Part shown: positions 60,135-64,000 of the stretch, piece after piece
Position numbering within the stretch: the first letter of the stretch is position 1
Layout: every line of letters begins with the position of its first letter
Origin: Heterodontus francisci
Lineage: Eukaryota
Direction of reading: 5' to 3'
NCBI RefSeq assembly: GCF_036365525.1
Contig: NC_090377.1
Span: 90,139,126-90,203,125, forward strand
Length of the DNA stretch: 64,000 nucleotides
Made by a program: the position numbers and the translations under genes
Notes under the pieces: model-generated
What the model was told of the DNA's origin: nothing
Seen by the model: only the letters and a program-made list of their open reading frames with translations
Databases searched by the model: none

Positions 60135-62480
60135 TATAACAATTTACATTTATATAGCACCTTTAACGTATCAAAATTTCCCAAAGTGCTTCACAGTTGC
60201 ACAACAAACTCAAACAGATGTAGGGAGAGATACCCAAAGACCTTAAGGAGGCTTTTGAAAGAAGTGACAAGGGTTCAAGAATTTGGAGAAAAGATGGCTG
60301 AAAGCTCTGCTACAATGGTGGAACAAATTGAATGGGCAATGCACAGTGGTCCAGTGTAAAATCAAGGGTGCAAGCAGGGACAGATGACTGTATAAGATTT
60401 CAGAGGTACAGAGGATTGAACCCATAAAGGAATGACGCTGTATAGACAGAAATGAAGATTTCAATGAGGCAGCAGTGGAGGTGAATAAGGACAGGTTGAT
60501 CGGGGCTTTATGCAAGATAAGATGTGGGCAGCGGCTTTCTTGTTAAGTTGGAGTTGACAGAGGATGTAGTTCAGCGAGGAGAGCATTAGAACATTTGAAT
60601 TCGTAGGTAACAGACATGAATGAGGATATCATTGGAAGTTGTATTTTTTTTCATTCTTTCATGGGATGTGAGGGTCACTGGCATGGTCAGCATTTGTTGC
60701 CCATTTCTAATTGCTTTTGAGAAGGTGGTGGTGAGTCACCATCTTGAACCACTGCAGTCCATGTGGTGTAGGAACACCCACAATGCTGTTCGAAAGGGAG
60801 TTCCAGGTTTTTGACCCAGCCACAGTGAAGGAACAGCGATATATTTCCAAGTCAGGATGGTGCATGGCTTGGAGGGGTACTTACAGATGGTGGTGTTCCC
60901 ATGCATCTGCGGCCTCGTTGAAAAAGCACAGATGCAGACAATATTGCAGAGGTGGAAGTAGGTCGTCTTGGTGATGGACTGAGACTTTGGAACTCAGCTC
61001 AGTGTGATGGACTGTCCGATTGAGCTTCAGTGGTCATCAAGGAAGGTGGACAAGATCAGTAGTGAAGACATGGATTTTCAAATGGAAACCACACAGAATG
61101 GCATCGTTATTGTCCACATCGATTTGTATAAAATTCTTACATATGAAAACATATGAAAGATGAATCCATTTTTAATGATTCAGTCACCAGCAGAGAGCAT
61201 GTATTTGAGGACGAGGAAAGGGCAAAGATTGAGCTATGGGATGCACTGGAGGTAACTGTGCAGGCACAGGAGAAGAATCCAATGCAAATATGCTGACTGC
61301 ATTGAATCAGATAGAAAAAGAATGATATGAGGGCAGCACCATACATGTGTATCACAGAGGAAAGGTGGTGGAGGAGGATCATGTGGTCAAACATTTAGAA
61401 AGCCACAGAGTGGTCAAGGAGGGTAAGGAGAAATAACTCATTGCCATGATGGTCCTAAGGAATATAATTAGTGGCTTTGATCAGGGTTTTTAATCTAGAT
61501 TTTATTCAAATAGGGAAGGATCAGAATTAGATGGTGGCAACACATTCCAAAACATGAGAGAGAAAGTGATATTGGAAGACAGAACAGTAATTGGTGAGGA
61601 CTGAGCTACCAAGGGTAGGCTTTTTTTAGAAGTAAGGTAATTTTCGATGTTTTGAAATTGAAGGTCAGTGCCTGAGGAAAAGCATTCAGCCAAGAAAGGG
61701 TAGTTGAGTAGTCAGGACCTGAGTTGTTCAAGGATCATGAGAGCAGCAAATGGGTATCATGCAGGAGAGGATTCTGATAAAGGCTGAGGTAGAGACATAA
61801 GTTAAGTTACTGAATGCTATGAGTTTGGAACTGGAGTAAGGAATTTGCTGTTAGTGATCTGGAAGAGCAGAGGTATTTCAGTAGGCTGAGGCAATAAAGC
61901 AGATAGCATCTATTTTGGATGCAAAGAAATCCATGACCTCCTCATGACTAGCATCAGAAGTGCGATAGAGGCAACAAAGGAGAGAGCTCAGTGGAGGAAG
62001 TTAGCAGTGGAAAAAATAAGATTTCTGATGCCAGGTGATTTAGCCATAGGGAGGGAGATGTGTTATTTCTTTGGGTGTTTGAGTGAGATCTGGTAAGGGC
62101 CAACCAGCTGGTTGTGTGCTTTTGGGTGCTTTGAGTCTATGTTTCTCAGATTTAAAGATATAAAGTTGGATATTGTACTGGAGGAGTGGTGCGGCTGGAA
62201 CATTGTGAAGATTTTGTGAGGAAAACCGTCTTCAAAGCAGAAATAAGTGAACTGTTGAGTAGATTGATAGAGGCAGTACTATCATGGCAGGTGGAAGGCC
62301 AGAGAAGAAGGAGTTGCAAGTGAGAGAAGATGTTGGACAGATATCTCAGGGAAGGGTCTATTGTTTCCAGGAAAACAGGGCAATAATAGTGATGTCAGAT
62401 GCCCAAAGGTGCAGGGCAGCCTTGTTAGTGATGGAGACTGAGAAGATGGCAAGGCCTTGAGTATTGGCAAGGTTTTTTAT
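60135..62480 (-). mobile_element. Old long L2-like LINE relic
   Basis: L2 3' terminus at 60138, FDHMILLHHL and FHM.. RT motifs, purine-rich plus strand. Confidence 0.6.
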
Positions 62481-63139
62481 TGGGATTTTTATTAGCTATT
62501 TGTTGCTACCCCTTGCTTCCTGGAGAGTGAATTTGTTACTGCATGACAGAATATCACATATTCATTGAGTTCCATCATCAGAAGTGTTCTGGGATATGGT
62601 AATGGTTTGGGCAAGAGAAGACTACTGATCAATCTCACCTACTCTTCCACATCTCCCATCAGGTTATTTTACTATGATTTGAGAACTTGTAGTCCTCAAA
62701 CCTACTTGCTAATAGGAAATTATCTAGTCCTTTTTAAAAAAGCTTGTTATGTTATTGTCACGCTCATGGGATTTGCAACGGTGGAGATACAAAAATAAAC
62801 TGGAGAGTTACAAAAAAAAAACAATTTGAAAGACTGGTACACTTGCCTTCAACAAGATGGAGAACAAAGTCACGTGACATCCACCTTCTCCTCCACTGAA
62901 ATACACATTCATGTCTGCTAGAACTAAAACACAATACCCCGTCAGCATTGAAATTATAGACAGTTCTTTACACATGGATGTGAGCTATCCACAAAAATGA
63001 GCTAAAACAAAGGCAATCACAGATGCTCCGTCTCCAACTACAATCACTGCAATACCTCATCTTATCAAAATGGGCTGCAGTTAGAAGCTATTGTATAGCC
63101 CCTCAGGAACCGAAAACGTAGTCACGGAGGCAAAACTAA

Positions 63140-63662
63140 CACTTGAGTCTGTGCTCTATGGGCTGTTTCCAGGGATGCACACCGAGATAAACATCAACTG
63201 CTGCTGGAGGACTATCAATTCGGTGAAAGGCGCCCTTTGGTCTGCCCGAAACTTGCTAGTCTTCCAGCGCAAAGAGTTGTCCACGACCGAATGTTGCAGA
63301 CTGGCACATTCCAAGGTCCAGGACTACGTGCTGGGGGACGCACTAAAGCTTGGGGCAGCCGCAGCAAAGGCTCAATGGGGAAAGACCACTGTGTAAGGTC
63401 CCCCCACCAAGCTGAACGGAGGGGCTGGATCCATGGGAAACCCCTTGAACTGTATCGGGAAAATTTTGTGTGCTGTAAAATGTAAAAATGCATCTGGCAT
63501 GACAAATGAAATGGAAGGGTTGTGAGACAACTCATGATTGTATTGAAGGAAACTGAACACCTTTGCACTGTTTGTATTTTTTGACTTGGTGCTGTTTAAA
63601 ATTGTTTGGTAATGTATTTTTTACAAATTTTTATGAATAAAGTATATTTTGGAAAAAAAAAA
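63140..63662 (+). mobile_element. Tx1-like LINE 3' end with poly(A)
   Basis: SVLYGLFPG..INSVKGALWSARNLLVF..DALKLG..W C-terminus, AATAAA at 63636, A-tail at 63653-63662. Confidence 0.75.
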
Positions 63663-64000
63663 TTATCTTTTAAGGTAACTTTTTTGGAGAACAAAGAGAA
63701 CATCAGGATATCAGCCAGAAATCACCAGCCACAGAGAGAACATCGAAAGCCATTCTTCAATTCCAGCACAAGGCTGAGAGAGAGAGTTCAATTCCAACTA
63801 AGACAGTTGAATCCTGCTGAGGCGAGTTTGTAAGCAACTGCAGCAGAGAAATTAAAGAGTGAATTTTAAACAACTCCTCCGCCTATGAAAATTGAACTAA
63901 GAAATACCAGCACCATCTTCACCATCCCAACAAATGCAAGACAACCAGCAAACAGGCCTGCAACTTTAAAAACCTTCCAAGAGGATCCCGTTATCCCTTC

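Overview
Vertebrate nuclear DNA, most likely from a shark or ray, judged from HE1-type V-SINEs, HER1/CR1, Deu-domain and LF-SINE-like elements. Four protein-coding units can be assembled by hand from splice sites. (1) A four-exon 83-aa uORF, ASDURF (10363-19184, +), which the ORF track misses and which shares a bicistronic mRNA with (2) ASNSD1 (19253-24400, +, 631 aa). (3) A convergent, uncharacterised 265-aa sugar-1-phosphate nucleotidyltransferase with 8 coding exons (36268-27187, -). (4) The first three coding exons of ANKAR (46038-59749, +), head-to-head with the nucleotidyltransferase at a CpG-rich promoter with an RFX X-box. The rest is nested mobile DNA: CR1, L2, RTE and Tx1 LINEs, Penelope-like elements with minimal hammerhead ribozyme motifs, Harbinger relics with MITEs, solo LTRs with 4-bp TSDs, SINEs and a 40-bp minisatellite. 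Homology calls are from recognition of motifs, not database searches. Repeat boundaries without TSDs are approximate.
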